Positions 30,703-41,077 of a stretch of DNA of 64,000 nt are shown piece by piece; the stretch's first letter is position 1, and every line of letters starts with the position of its first letter. The notes beneath the pieces were generated by a model. The model did not search any database. It saw only the letters and a program-made list of their open reading frames with translations, and was not told the origin of the DNA. The position numbers were made by a program, and so were the translations under genes. Source of the stretch: Candidatus Aminicenantes bacterium. GTDB taxonomy: Bacteria; Acidobacteriota; Aminicenantia; Aminicenantales; JAFGBC01. The stretch spans positions 2,912,001 to 2,976,000 of the forward strand of contig OY969696.1 in NCBI GenBank assembly GCA_963702005.1, read 5' to 3'.

Positions 30703-32970
30703 ATGCGACGCTCGAAAAAGATCATTGCCCTGGCCGCCGTGGCGACGCCGGCCCTCGTCCTCGCCTCCGTCTACCTCCCCTTTCCCAAAGGCCGCCTCGA
30801 CCCCGCCCCGGTCGTGTCCCTGCGCATCGAAGACCGGAACGGCCTCCTTCTCCGCGAGGTCCTGTCCGACGAAGGCGGACGCTGCCGCTGGCTGGGCGGC
30901 AAGGACATCTCCCCCTTTCTCCTCAAAGCGACCGTGGCCGCCGAGGACCGCGGCTTCTTCATTCATCGGGGAATCGCGCCTCTCTCCATGCTCCGTGCTC
31001 TCGTCCAGAACACCCGCTACGGCCGCGTCGTTTCGGGCGCATCGACGATCACGCAGCAGCTTGTCCGGAATCTCGTCCGCGGCCGGAGGAGCGTCCCGGT
31101 CAAGCTCAAGGAGGCCTGGCTCGCCCTCCGGCTCGAAAACACGCTTTCGAAGGAGGCGATTCTCCTTCAATACCTCAACCGCATCTGCTATGGAAACCAG
31201 GCGTACGGCGCGGAGGCCGCGGCGCGTCTCTACTTCGATAAGCCCGCCTCCGACCTCAGCCCGGCCGAATCGGCCTTGCTCGCCGTCATCCCCCGCTCTC
31301 CGGCCGCCCTCGATCCGTTCCGTCGCCCCGCCGAGGTCAAGGCCCGCCAGGAGCGTCTCCTCGACGATATGGCCGGACTCGGGCTCATTTCGAGGGAGGA
31401 ACGGGACAGGGCCCGGCGCGAGCCCCTTCTTGTCCGTGCCGGGCCGGAAGCTTGGCGCGCCCCTCATTTCTGCGACCATGTCCTGGCCGCGCTCCCGGAC
31501 CGGGTCCGGCGCGAAGCCAAGACGGTCCGGACGACCCTCGACCTCGTCCTCCAGACCAAGGTCGAAAAACTCCTGCGGGGTCAGATCCATGCGCTCGAGT
31601 CGCGCGGGGCCTCGAACGGCGCCGCCGTCGTCATCGACAACCAAACGGGTGACATCCTCGCCTGGGCGGGCTCCAGCGACTACTGGGACGATCGGCACGA
31701 CGGACAGGTCAACGGCGTCCTTGCCCTGCGCCAGCCCGGTTCCACCCTCAAGCCGTTCACCTACGCCCTGGCGCTCGAACGGGGTATGACGGCCGCGACG
31801 CTCATCGAGGACGCCGCCCTGGAGTTCGAGACGCCGGGCGGATTCTTCCGGCCCCGGAATTTCGACGGGACGTACCACGGCCGCGTCCGCCTCCGGACCG
31901 CTCTCGCCTGCTCCTACAACATACCTGCCGTCTCGGTCCTCCAATCCGTAGGTCCCGACCTCCTCTACCGGCGCCTCAAGTCGCTCGGCTTTGACAGCCT
32001 GGACCAGGGCCCCGGTTTCTACAGCGTCGGACTGACGCTCGGGAACGGCGAGGTAACGCTCCTCGAGCTGGCGCGCGCCTACGCGGCCCTGGCTCGCGGC
32101 GGGCGGTACCGGGGAGAGCGCGGCGTCCTCGCCCTCCTCGACCGGACCGGCCGTTCCTTCTCCGAATCGCGGCCGGAACGCCCGGTTTCCGTCCTGGCGT
32201 CCTTGCCCGTTTTTATCATCACGCACATCCTCTCCGACCATGACGCCCGCGTCCCGGCCTTCGGCCGCCGTTCCCCCCTCAATCTTCCTTTTCCGGCCGC
32301 CGTCAAGACCGGGACCTCGAAGGACTTCCGTGACAACTGGGCGGTCGGCTATACGCCTTCGTTCACGGTCGGCGTCTGGGTCGGAAATTTCGACGGCAGC
32401 CCCATGCACGGGGTGTCGGGCGTCGCGGGCTGCGGGCCGCTCTTCCGCGACATCATGCTCCTCCTCCATGCCGCGGAACCGGCGCCCGTCTTCGCGGAGC
32501 CTGCCGGACTCGTCCGTAAAAGGATCTGTCCGGTCTCGGGCGAGCTCCCCACCGCGGCCTGTCCCGGGACCATGGAAGAGATCTTCATCGAAGGAACCGA
32601 GCCGCATCGGCTCTGTTCCGCGCACGGTGGCGCCTCATTCAGAGTGAGAGCCGATGCCGCGTCCCCATCCGTTCCGGCCGGAAGCGTCGCCGACCTCAGG
32701 GTCGTATTCCCCCAGGACGGCGACATCTTCAAGCTCGACCCCGTCCTCAAGCGGGATTACCAGACCGTCACGGTCCGGGCCGGCAGCCCGTCGGCTGCGG
32801 CGCTGAGCGAGGTCGAATGGTGGATCAACGGCCGGCGCGCCGCTCGGACCGGGACGGCCCTCTCCTTTTTCTGGAATCTGCGGCCCGGTTCATATACAAT
32901 TAAGGTCACGGCCAGCGACGGAGGCCGCAGGCTGGAGAGCCGCCCGGTCAAGGTCCAAGTCGTTGTCTGA
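30703..32970 (+). CDS. pbpC: Penicillin-binding protein 1C
   Basis: [28 protein letters not shown]; follows A2M as is usual. Confidence 0.95.
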   Translation: MRRSKKIIALAAVATPALVLASVYLPFPKGRLDPAPVVSLRIEDRNGLLLREVLSDEGGRCRWLGGKDISPFLLKATVAAEDRGFFIHRGIAPLSMLRALVQNTRYGRVVSGASTITQQLVRNLVRGRRSVPVKLKEAWLALRLENTLSKEAILLQYLNRICYGNQAYGAEAAARLYFDKPASDLSPAESALLAVIPRSPAALDPFRRPAEVKARQERLLDDMAGLGLISREERDRARREPLLVRAGPEAWRAPHFCDHVLAALPDRVRREAKTVRTTLDLVLQTKVEKLLRGQIHALESRGASNGAAVVIDNQTGDILAWAGSSDYWDDRHDGQVNGVLALRQPGSTLKPFTYALALERGMTAATLIEDAALEFETPGGFFRPRNFDGTYHGRVRLRTALACSYNIPAVSVLQSVGPDLLYRRLKSLGFDSLDQGPGFYSVGLTLGNGEVTLLELARAYAALARGGRYRGERGVLALLDRTGRSFSESRPERPVSVLASLPVFIITHILSDHDARVPAFGRRSPLNLPFPAAVKTGTSKDFRDNWAVGYTPSFTVGVWVGNFDGSPMHGVSGVAGCGPLFRDIMLLLHAAEPAPVFAEPAGLVRKRICPVSGELPTAACPGTMEEIFIEGTEPHRLCSAHGGASFRVRADAASPSVPAGSVADLRVVFPQDGDIFKLDPVLKRDYQTVTVRAGSPSAAALSEVEWWINGRRAARTGTALSFFWNLRPGSYTIKVTASDGGRRLESRPVKVQVVV

Positions 32971-33076
32971 GCGTCAAGGAGCGCGCGCCATGAAGCGGAG
33001 AAAGGCATTGGCCTTCCTGAGCGGCCTCGCCATTCTTAAGACAAAGCTCCTGGCCCGTTCCGCAAGGAGTAATCCG

Positions 33077-33454
33077 ATGCAAGAAGAGATCAAGACCGAC
33101 AAAGCGCCCAAGGCCATCGGCCCCTATTCACAGGCCATCGTCGCCAACGGATTCGTTTTCGCCTCGGGGCAGATACCGATCGACCCGGCCACGGGCGAGC
33201 TCAACACGGGCACGATCGAGGACCAGACCCGACGCGTCATCAAGAACCTGACGGCCGTCCTCGAGGCGGCCGGGACGTCCCTCCACAAGGTCGTCAAGGC
33301 GACCGTCTTCCTCCAGGACATGAACGACTTCACCAGGATGAATGCCGTCTACGGCGAATTCTTCAAGCCCCCCTACCCGGCCCGGGCCGCCGTCCAGGTC
33401 GCCCGACTTCCCAAGGACGTCAAGGTCGAGATCGAGGCCGTCGCGGTCAAGTAA
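33077..33454 (+). CDS. ridA: RidA/YjgF enamine-imine deaminase (alternative start at 32990)
   Basis: [31 protein letters not shown]. Confidence 0.93.
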   Translation: MQEEIKTDKAPKAIGPYSQAIVANGFVFASGQIPIDPATGELNTGTIEDQTRRVIKNLTAVLEAAGTSLHKVVKATVFLQDMNDFTRMNAVYGEFFKPPYPARAAVQVARLPKDVKVEIEAVAVK

Positions 33455-33678
33455 TGCCCCTCTACGAATTCCTCTGCCGCGCCTGCGGGAGGCGCTTCGA
33501 GCGCTTGGTCCGGATCGGCCGGGAGGGCGAGGTCCGCTGCGCGGCCTGCGGCTGTCCCGACATCCAAAAACTCTTTTCCACGTTTGGGATCCACGGAGCC
33601 GAGAAGGCCGTCTCTTTATCGTCCTCGGCCAAGGGCTGCGCGACCTGCTCCTCGAAGTCCTGCAGCACCTGCCATTAG
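33454..33678 (+). CDS. FmdB-family zinc-ribbon protein
   Basis: [12 protein letters not shown]...CAACG, Cys-rich tail. Confidence 0.88.
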   Translation: MPLYEFLCRACGRRFERLVRIGREGEVRCAACGCPDIQKLFSTFGIHGAEKAVSLSSSAKGCATCSSKSCSTCH

Positions 33679-33693
33679 GGCCCGGGCTCGGGG

Positions 33694-35691
33694 ATGCGGA
33701 CCGTAAGGATCGGCGTCGACACCGGGGGGACCTTTACCGATTTCGCCATAGACAGGGACGGCCGCCTCGCCGTCAAGAAGCTTCCGTCCACTCCCCGAAA
33801 CCCGTCGCTGGCCATCCTGGAGGGCATTCGCGAATTTCTGGAGGGGGATGCTCCGGTCGAGATCATCCACGGCACGACCGTGGCCACCAACGCCCTCCTC
33901 GAGCGCAAGGGCGGCCGGATCGCCCTGGTCACGACGCGAGGGTTCGAGGACATCCTGGCTATCGGCCGCCAGGTCCGCAAGCGCCTCTACAGCCTGAGGG
34001 GCGAGGATCGCCGGCCCCTCCTCCCCCGCTCTCTCTGTCTAGGCCTGGCGGAGCGGACGGCGCCGACGGGCGCCGTGGAGAAGAGGCCCGAGCGCCGAGA
34101 GCTTGATCGCATCGCGAAAAAACTCAAGGCGGCCGGGGTCGAAGCCGTCGCCCTTTCTTTCCTTCATTCCTATGCGAACCCGGCCAACGAGAAAGCCGCC
34201 GCCGCCGTACTCGAAGGCCGCGGGCTGCTTCTCTCCGTCTCGAGCCGGCTCCTCCCCGAGCACCGCGAGTACGAGCGGACAGCCGCCACGGCCGTCAATG
34301 CCTACCTGATGCCCGTCCTCGACAGATACCTCGCCTCGCTCGAGACCGGAACGAGGGGGGCGAACCTCCGCATCATGCAGTCCAACGAGGGCACGATCTC
34401 GACGGCCAAGGCCCGGCGCGAGCCGATCAGGACGGCCTTGTCCGGACCCGCCGGAGGCGTCGTAGCCGCCGCGGCGATCGGCCGAAGCGCCGGGATACCC
34501 GACCTCGTCAGCTTCGATATGGGCGGGACATCGACCGACGTCTCTCTCATCGACGGCCGGATCCGCCGGACCCAGGAAAACACCGTCGGCGATTTCCCCG
34601 TCCGCATCCCGATGATCGATATCCACACCGTGGGCGCCGGCGGGGGGTCCATCGCCTCCCTCGACGGCGGCGGCTCGCTCCGGGTCGGCCCGGAGAGCGC
34701 CGGCGCGGACCCCGGCCCGGCCTGCTACGGCCGGGGCGACCTTCCGACCGTCACGGACGCCAACCTCGTCTGCGGCCGCCTCGACCCGGACTTCTTTCTG
34801 GGCGGCGCGATGAGGATCGATTCCGAGCGGAGCCGCCGCGCCGTCGCCCGGCTCGCCCGACGGATGGAAAAAACCCTGATCGAGACGGCCCTGGGGATCA
34901 TCGACATCGCCAACGCCAACATGGAAAAGGCCATCCGGGTCATCTCGATCGAGCGGGGGCACGACCCGCGCCGTTTCGCCCTGTTCTCCTTCGGCGGGGC
35001 GGGCGGGATGCACGCCGCCGAGATGGCCGCCCACCTTCGGATGCCGCGCGTCATCGTGCCCCGCCAGGCGGGAGTGCTGTCGGCGCAGGGCCTTCTTCTC
35101 GCGGACGCCATCAAGGACTATTCCCGGTCGCTGCTCGCCCCCCTCGCGGAGCTTCCCCGGCGCCGGATGAAGCGACTCCTCGACGAGCTCGAACGCAACG
35201 CCCTTGGAGATATGCGTGAGGACGGGTTTCGCGAGAGCGAGGTCCGCTTTTTTGTCTTCCTGGATATGCGCACCCTGGGCCAATCCTATGAGATCACCGT
35301 CCCCTGGCGGCCGGACGCCTGGGACGCCGCGCGGATCGCGGAGGATTTCAGGAACGAGCATCGCCGCCTCTACTCCTATGACCACCCCTCAAAGGACGTC
35401 GAGGTCGTGGCGCTCCGTCTCAAGGCCGTCGTCCCCAGCCCCCGGCCCCGCTGGAGACGCGAGCCCGAGGGTCCCGCCTCGTCGAAACGGGCGCTGCGCA
35501 AGCGGCAGCCCATCGTCCACGGAAAACGTTCCTGGGACGGCGCGGTCTACAGCCGCGGCCTCCTCCGTTCCGGAAACCGGGTCGACGGTCCGGCCCTGGT
35601 CATCGACCCCGAGTCGACCAGTTTCATCCCGCCCGGCTACCGGGGCCGGGTCGACGGCCTGGGGAATCTCGTCATCGACAAAGGATTTTAG
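33694..35691 (+). CDS. Hydantoinase A / 5-oxoprolinase ATP-binding subunit
   Basis: GVDTGGTFTD, HGTTVATNALLER, SGPAGG, DMGGTSTD, GAGGGS. Confidence 0.93.
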   Translation: MRTVRIGVDTGGTFTDFAIDRDGRLAVKKLPSTPRNPSLAILEGIREFLEGDAPVEIIHGTTVATNALLERKGGRIALVTTRGFEDILAIGRQVRKRLYSLRGEDRRPLLPRSLCLGLAERTAPTGAVEKRPERRELDRIAKKLKAAGVEAVALSFLHSYANPANEKAAAAVLEGRGLLLSVSSRLLPEHREYERTAATAVNAYLMPVLDRYLASLETGTRGANLRIMQSNEGTISTAKARREPIRTALSGPAGGVVAAAAIGRSAGIPDLVSFDMGGTSTDVSLIDGRIRRTQENTVGDFPVRIPMIDIHTVGAGGGSIASLDGGGSLRVGPESAGADPGPACYGRGDLPTVTDANLVCGRLDPDFFLGGAMRIDSERSRRAVARLARRMEKTLIETALGIIDIANANMEKAIRVISIERGHDPRRFALFSFGGAGGMHAAEMAAHLRMPRVIVPRQAGVLSAQGLLLADAIKDYSRSLLAPLAELPRRRMKRLLDELERNALGDMREDGFRESEVRFFVFLDMRTLGQSYEITVPWRPDAWDAARIAEDFRNEHRRLYSYDHPSKDVEVVALRLKAVVPSPRPRWRREPEGPASSKRALRKRQPIVHGKRSWDGAVYSRGLLRSGNRVDGPALVIDPESTSFIPPGYRGRVDGLGNLVIDKGF

Positions 35692-35695
35692 CGGC

Positions 35696-37261
35696 ATGGA
35701 ACGGATCGATCCGATCGAGCTCGAGCTCTTCAAGAACATTTTCGTGTCGATCTCGGAAGAGATGGCCGCCGTCCTGGGCCGAACGGCCCTCTCGCCCAAC
35801 ATCAAGGAACGCAAGGATTTCTCCTGCGCCCTGTTCGACGAACGGGGCGAGACCTTCGCCCAGGGGTCCCACATCCCGGTCCATCTGGGGGCGATGCCGC
35901 TTTCGGTCCAGGCGGCGCTCAAGGCCGCCCGGTTCGAGGAGGGCGACCTCGTCGTCCTCAACGATCCCTACCGGGGCGGGACTCATCTTCCCGACATCAC
36001 CTGCGTTTCCCCCGTGTTCGTGGCCGGCCGGCCCCGCTTCTTCGTCGCTAACCGCGCCCATCATTCCGACGTGGGGGGGATGACCCCAGGCTCGATGCCC
36101 CTCGCCGTCGAAATATTCCAGGAGGGCCTGATCATCCCGCCCCTCAAGCTCGTCAAACGGGGCCGGGTCGACGAGGACGTCCTCGGCCTCATCCTCGCCA
36201 ACGTCCGGACGCCCGAGGAGCGCAGGGGGGACCTCCTGGCCCAGATGGCGGCCAACGAGAAGGGAAAACGGCGCGTCGAGGAGACGGTCGTCAAGTATGG
36301 ACTGGCCAAGCTCCGCCGCACGACCGGCCTCATCAGAACATACACCGAGCGCGTTCTGCGCAAAACGCTCCGCGGGATCCCGGAGGGCACCTATACGTTC
36401 AGGGACCGCCTCGACGACGACGGGGTCGGGGGGCGGCCGATCGCCATCCGGGTCGCCGTCACGATCCGCGGAGGCCGCGCCATCGTCGATTTCACGGGGT
36501 CCTCGCCGCAGGTCACGGGGGGCGTCAACGCAAACTTCGCCGTCACGATGTCGGCGGTCCTCTACGTCTTCCGATCGCTGGTCGAGGAGGACATTCCCTT
36601 CAACACCGGACTGATGAGTCCGCTCCGCATCAAGGCCCCGCTCGGCTCGGTCGTCAACGCCGTCTTTCCGGCGGCCACGGCCGGCGGGAACGTCGAGACT
36701 TCGCAGCGGATCGTGGACGTCCTGCTGGGCGCCCTGGCCAAGGCCGTCCCGGACCGCATCCCGGCCGCCAGCTCGGGGACCATGAACAATGTCGCCTTCG
36801 GCGGCCGCGACCCGATTCGGGGAACGCCTTTCGCCTACTATGAGACGATCGGCGGCGGGATGGGGGCGAGCGTCGAGCGGGACGGCCTGGACGGAGTTCA
36901 CACTCATATGACGAACTCCCTCAACACGCCGATCGAGGCCCTCGAGGCTTATCTCCCGATCCGCATCCGCCGTTACGGACTGCGCCGGGGCTCGGGCGGC
37001 CGCGGACGACGGCGGGGCGGCGAGGGGATCGTCCGCGAATACGAATTCCTCGTCCCCTGCCGGGTGACGATCCTCTCGGACCGGAGGCGCTTTCGGCCCT
37101 ACGGCCTCCGGGGCGGGACGCCGGGGGCGCCGGGCCGGAATACGCTCATTTCGGGCGGCCGGGCCATTCCACTTCGGTCCAAGACCAACATCCAGGTCAA
37201 AGCCGGCGACCTCCTCCGGATCGAAACGCCGGGAGGGGGAGGCCTCGGGCGTCCGGGTTGA
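35696..37261 (+). CDS. Hydantoinase B / 5-oxoprolinase subunit
   Basis: SPNIKERKDFSCA, NDPYRGGTHLPD, HHSDVGG, HTHMTNS, ETPGGGG; its stop TGA lies in the TTGAC of element copy B. Confidence 0.93.
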   Translation: MERIDPIELELFKNIFVSISEEMAAVLGRTALSPNIKERKDFSCALFDERGETFAQGSHIPVHLGAMPLSVQAALKAARFEEGDLVVLNDPYRGGTHLPDITCVSPVFVAGRPRFFVANRAHHSDVGGMTPGSMPLAVEIFQEGLIIPPLKLVKRGRVDEDVLGLILANVRTPEERRGDLLAQMAANEKGKRRVEETVVKYGLAKLRRTTGLIRTYTERVLRKTLRGIPEGTYTFRDRLDDDGVGGRPIAIRVAVTIRGGRAIVDFTGSSPQVTGGVNANFAVTMSAVLYVFRSLVEEDIPFNTGLMSPLRIKAPLGSVVNAVFPAATAGGNVETSQRIVDVLLGALAKAVPDRIPAASSGTMNNVAFGGRDPIRGTPFAYYETIGGGMGASVERDGLDGVHTHMTNSLNTPIEALEAYLPIRIRRYGLRRGSGGRGRRRGGEGIVREYEFLVPCRVTILSDRRRFRPYGLRGGTPGAPGRNTLISGGRAIPLRSKTNIQVKAGDLLRIETPGGGGLGRPG

Positions 37262-37332
37262 CCCGTTCGCCGAGGCTCAGGGTTACCCCTATACAAGCCC
37301 CCGCCTGATGGCCGGGGTGTCGAGGGGTTGAC
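37258..37332. mobile_element. TTGAC-bracketed hairpin element, copy B (75 bp, opposite orientation)
   Basis: TTGAC-CCGTTCGCCGA-GGCTCAGGGTTACCCC...GTGTCGAGGGG-TTGAC. Confidence 0.8.
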
Positions 37333-37357
37333 ATTCAGGCGGCTTTAAAAATAATAT
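37328..37357 (+). promoter_or_regulatory. Promoter of the SH3-OMP gene; -35 coincides with the end of element copy B
   Basis: TTGACA-18 nt-TAATAT. Confidence 0.6.
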
Positions 37358-37409
37358 AGCTATCACGGAGGATTCTTTCCTTCGGGGAATTTGATCAAGA
37401 GGAGGAGGA

Positions 37410-38405
37410 ATGAAAAAAATTCTATATGTCTTTCTGGCCGTCCTCGTTCTTTGCGCGGTCGCCAGCGCTTCCGATGTCATCCTGATCAAGGTCAAAGTTC
37501 AATTGGCCAACGTCCGCACCGAGCCCAACCTCAACGCCCCGGTCGTGACGCAACTCAAGGCCGGGACGCTGCTCGAAGCGAGCGCCAAGAAGGGCGATTT
37601 CTACGAGATCGCGGTCGCCGACGAAAGCGGCAAGATTCTCTCGGGCTACATCCACGCCAACACCGTCGAGGTCGTTCAACAGGCCGCCGAGGAACAGGTC
37701 CAGGAACAACCCGAAGCCGTCCAGGAACAGGCCGTCGAAAAGGAGGCGGCCGAGCAAGAAGCCCCTGAAAAAGAAGCGGCCGAGGAGGCTCCCAAGCCCG
37801 AGGCCGCCGCGGCCGGTTACGAGACCTCTCCTTCAGGGACCGGAATCGGGTTGATGGCCGGCTATGCCATGCCCTCCGGATACGGCGGAGGCCTCGCCTA
37901 CGGAGGAAACTTCACTTTCATGTTCTCGTCCAACTTCGGGATCGAAATCGCGGGCCTGCGCTTTCAAAGCACGGTCGACGAGCCGGCCGAGGCGGACCGG
38001 GAAACGGCTTTGAGTAAGGGGAAACTCAGCGTTATGCCCGTCCAGCTCAGCCTGATCGCCCGCTTCCCGCTCGGTCCTAAGATGATGCCCTATGTCCTGG
38101 CCGGAGGCGGTTATTTCCTCAACAGCTATACCCTCGACTCCGGCGTCAAAAACGATTGGGAGGGCCTGGGGTTTGTCATCAGCGAAAAGGTCGAAAACAG
38201 CGTCGGCTTCCACTTCGGCGCCGGCCTGGACTACTTTTTCACCCCCAAGCTGGCCCTGAGCGCCGTGGTCAAATACTGCATGTCGACCTTCAAGGGAAGC
38301 TGGAGCCTGAAAGAGACCGTCAGCGCGACCGAGGCCAGCGGCGATTTGAAAGACCTGAAGCTGAAGCCGTTCATCTTCGGACTCGGCCTCAAGTATTTCT
38401 TTTGA
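37410..38405 (+). CDS. Outer-membrane beta-barrel protein (OmpW/OmpA-like) with N-terminal SH3b domain and Glu/Ala-rich linker
   Basis: ANVRTEP...GYIH SH3b motif; PYVLAGGGY, GFHFGAGLDY; C-terminal YFF. Confidence 0.85.
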   Translation: MKKILYVFLAVLVLCAVASASDVILIKVKVQLANVRTEPNLNAPVVTQLKAGTLLEASAKKGDFYEIAVADESGKILSGYIHANTVEVVQQAAEEQVQEQPEAVQEQAVEKEAAEQEAPEKEAAEEAPKPEAAAAGYETSPSGTGIGLMAGYAMPSGYGGGLAYGGNFTFMFSSNFGIEIAGLRFQSTVDEPAEADRETALSKGKLSVMPVQLSLIARFPLGPKMMPYVLAGGGYFLNSYTLDSGVKNDWEGLGFVISEKVENSVGFHFGAGLDYFFTPKLALSAVVKYCMSTFKGSWSLKETVSATEASGDLKDLKLKPFIFGLGLKYFF

Positions 38406-38425
38406 GATTAAAAGGAGCAATTCCC

Positions 38426-40129
38426 ATGACGAACATCATCAAAAGAAATAAGCGGGTTCTCTTGGTTGTTATCGCCTGCGCGGCGGCCCTGACGGCGTTC
38501 CTCCCCTTGAAAGCCCGGGTCCAGGACGGCTGGCGGATTGCCAACCTTCCGCCCCTGGCCGACAACGCCGCGCCGGTCCATCCCAAGCTGGACGGCGCGC
38601 TGAACCGGGTCTACAACCTCTACTTGACCAAAGGCCTGTCCGGCGCCAAGGACTTCATCGGCCAGAGACGCATGATCGATATGGAAGGGGACCTCATCCG
38701 CGCCGTCGCCGTCGGACGGAGGCACGATCCGATAGCCGGCGAGTTCTTAACGACCCGGCTCCAAGCCGGCATCCTTCGCCTGGGCGGGCGCGTCGAAACA
38801 TCGTACCGGGAGCTCGTCCAGTGTTTGGTCCCGATCAACGGCTTGGCCGCGATCGCCGACCTCCCCGACATTGAGCTCCTCAGGCTCCCCCTCAAACCCA
38901 GGCCGCTGGCGGTGACCGTGACCAGCGAGGGCGTTGCCAAGACGGGCGCCGACACATGGCAGTCGGTCAATCCCTACCGGACCTCGGGAGAGGTCAAGGT
39001 CTGCATCCTTGATATAGGCTTCGACGGCTACCAGAGCCGTATCAGCGAAGGCGAGCTCCCCAGCGACGTCACCGTCCACTCGTTCCGTTCGGACGGCAAG
39101 ATCGAGAGCGGGACCGTCCATGGAGCGGCCTGCGCCGAGATCGTCCATGACATGGCCCCCGACGCCAAGCTCTACCTCGTCAACTTCAACACCGAAGTTG
39201 AGCACCACAATGCCGTCGACTGGCTCATCAACGAAGCCAAGGTCAACGTCATCTCCTACTCGGTCGGCTGGACGAACGCCGGAGACGGGAAAGGGACCGG
39301 CCCGATCAATGAAGATGTCAAGAAGGCGTCCCAGGCCGGGATCATCTGGGTAGGCGCATCCGGGAACTACGCTCTGGACCATTGGGAAGGAACCTTCAAG
39401 GACGGCGACCACGACAACTTGCACAACTTCTCCGGCGCCGACGAGATCCTCGACTGGTACGTCCCGGCCCTCTATTATGTGGCCGCCTGGCTGAGCTGGG
39501 ACGACTTCGGGACCTGGGACGGGACGAACTACTCAGGCTCCAACCAGGACTACGACCTCTACCTTTACATCTGGACCGGTTCGAGCTGGAAGTACGTCGA
39601 CAAATCCGTCAACGTCCAGAACGGGGGCGACTGGCCGACCGAATCCGTCGGCTATTGGTACAGCTACTCGTCGACCCGCTGGGGGATCGCCATCAAGAAA
39701 AAGAGCGCGACCCGGGCCTGCAAGTTCGACCTGTTCACGATGGGGAACACCAAGGCCATCGAATACAACGTCCCCGGGGGGAGCCTGAGCAGCCCGGCCG
39801 ATTCGGCCGAGTGCGTTACGGTCGGCGCCACGGACTTTAGTGACGACTCTTACGCAACTTATAGCTCGCGCGGTCCGACCAACGATAACAGGATCAAGCC
39901 GGATTTCTGCGCTCCGACAAGGGTATCGACCGCGTCCTATGGGACCGAGGCTTTCAGCGGAACATCGTCCTCGACGCCCCACGTCGCGGGGGCCTTCGCC
40001 CTGCTCAAGGGGAAGCTCCCCTACAGCCTCAGCCAGATCAACACCATCCTCCAGGGGCGCGCCCTGGACCTGGGGACGGCGGGCAAGGACAATCAGTTCG
40101 GGATCGGACGGCTCAAGCTGACGAAGTAG
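38426..40129 (+). CDS. Secreted S8 (subtilisin-like) serine peptidase
   Basis: Catalytic ILDIG (D), HGAAC (H), GTSSSTPHVAG (S); ASGN oxyanion residue; inserted beta domain. Confidence 0.92.
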   Translation: MTNIIKRNKRVLLVVIACAAALTAFLPLKARVQDGWRIANLPPLADNAAPVHPKLDGALNRVYNLYLTKGLSGAKDFIGQRRMIDMEGDLIRAVAVGRRHDPIAGEFLTTRLQAGILRLGGRVETSYRELVQCLVPINGLAAIADLPDIELLRLPLKPRPLAVTVTSEGVAKTGADTWQSVNPYRTSGEVKVCILDIGFDGYQSRISEGELPSDVTVHSFRSDGKIESGTVHGAACAEIVHDMAPDAKLYLVNFNTEVEHHNAVDWLINEAKVNVISYSVGWTNAGDGKGTGPINEDVKKASQAGIIWVGASGNYALDHWEGTFKDGDHDNLHNFSGADEILDWYVPALYYVAAWLSWDDFGTWDGTNYSGSNQDYDLYLYIWTGSSWKYVDKSVNVQNGGDWPTESVGYWYSYSSTRWGIAIKKKSATRACKFDLFTMGNTKAIEYNVPGGSLSSPADSAECVTVGATDFSDDSYATYSSRGPTNDNRIKPDFCAPTRVSTASYGTEAFSGTSSSTPHVAGAFALLKGKLPYSLSQINTILQGRALDLGTAGKDNQFGIGRLKLTK

Positions 40130-40135
40130 GGCGGG

Positions 40136-41005
40136 TCAGAAGGATAAGCGGAGGCCGGTCCGGATAAAGAATCCCGAGAGGTCGATCCGGGCCGGCTTGA
40201 CGTTCGACGACCGGGCGGGGTGGGGTTCGGCGTCGGCCAGGGTCCAGAGCGGATAATTTTTGCCTTCGAGCGTGTAGTCATAGCGCCAGAGGGTTTTCGT
40301 TCCCGACTCGGAATAATCGCCGTTCAGACTCTCCGATCCCTTCAAGGTCCAGGGGCCGCACGGGCCGGAGAAGCGGGCCCAGCGGCCTCCCCCGTCGAGG
40401 ACGATCGAAAGGCCCTTGCCGAGCGCGAAATCGAGACCGAGGCGACCCTGGAGCCCGAGGCAGGTCCCGGATGCCCGCCAGGTCTCCGTCCCTTTGTCCG
40501 TGATCCAGAGGGAGCGGATCGTATAATCCCGCTCCCAGCGGAGCCTGGCAAAGTAGAGCGCGACGCCGCCGTCGGCGTGGGCGGACACGCGTCCCCAAAC
40601 CGGAAGGCGGTAGGCCGCCGTCAGCGTCAAAGGCACCGCGCTCAAGACGGGCCTGACATTTTCCGTGGACTGGACGATCCAGTAGTTGTAATCGATTCCG
40701 CTCGACTTTTGGGCCCGGAGGTAGCCGATGCCGAGGGCCAGGCTGAAACGGGGAGAAAGCTCCGCTTCGACCTCGGCCAGGATGTCGAATCCGGCGGCCG
40801 GGCGGCGCAAAGATCCGGCGACAAGGTCGGCTTCGGCTTTGAGGAGATCGTTCAAGCCCAGGAGCCCCCGGCTGAAATCGCCTCCGTTGACGGACAGCCA
40901 GCCGCCGGTCAGACGGACGCCCCAGCCGCGAATTCCGGCGGACGACGCCGTCGCCAGCAAGGCCAGACCGAGGCTCACGGAATAGATTCGTCTTCCTGCG
41001 TCCAT
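40136..41005 (-). CDS. Outer-membrane beta-barrel protein
   Basis: Signal peptide; SAVPLTLTAAY, GGVALY; ends GLRLSF. Confidence 0.75.
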   Translation of the reverse strand: MDAGRRIYSVSLGLALLATASSAGIRGWGVRLTGGWLSVNGGDFSRGLLGLNDLLKAEADLVAGSLRRPAAGFDILAEVEAELSPRFSLALGIGYLRAQKSSGIDYNYWIVQSTENVRPVLSAVPLTLTAAYRLPVWGRVSAHADGGVALYFARLRWERDYTIRSLWITDKGTETWRASGTCLGLQGRLGLDFALGKGLSIVLDGGGRWARFSGPCGPWTLKGSESLNGDYSESGTKTLWRYDYTLEGKNYPLWTLADAEPHPARSSNVKPARIDLSGFFIRTGLRLSF

Positions 41006-41047
41006 CACGGCGTCCTCCCTGGATTTCCTCGTCTCGAGTCTCAGCCC

Positions 41048-41077
41048 TTTATAGCGGAAGGGAGGGGGGCGTGTCAA
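41048..41077 (-). promoter_or_regulatory. Promoter of the beta-barrel gene; -35 coincides with the end of element copy C
   Basis: TTGACA-18 nt-TATAAA. Confidence 0.65.

Noticed and set aside
25023-32970. Alpha-2-macroglobulin plus pbpC as a novel system
   Set aside because: A well-described conserved gene pair with the canonical CxEQ thioester motif.
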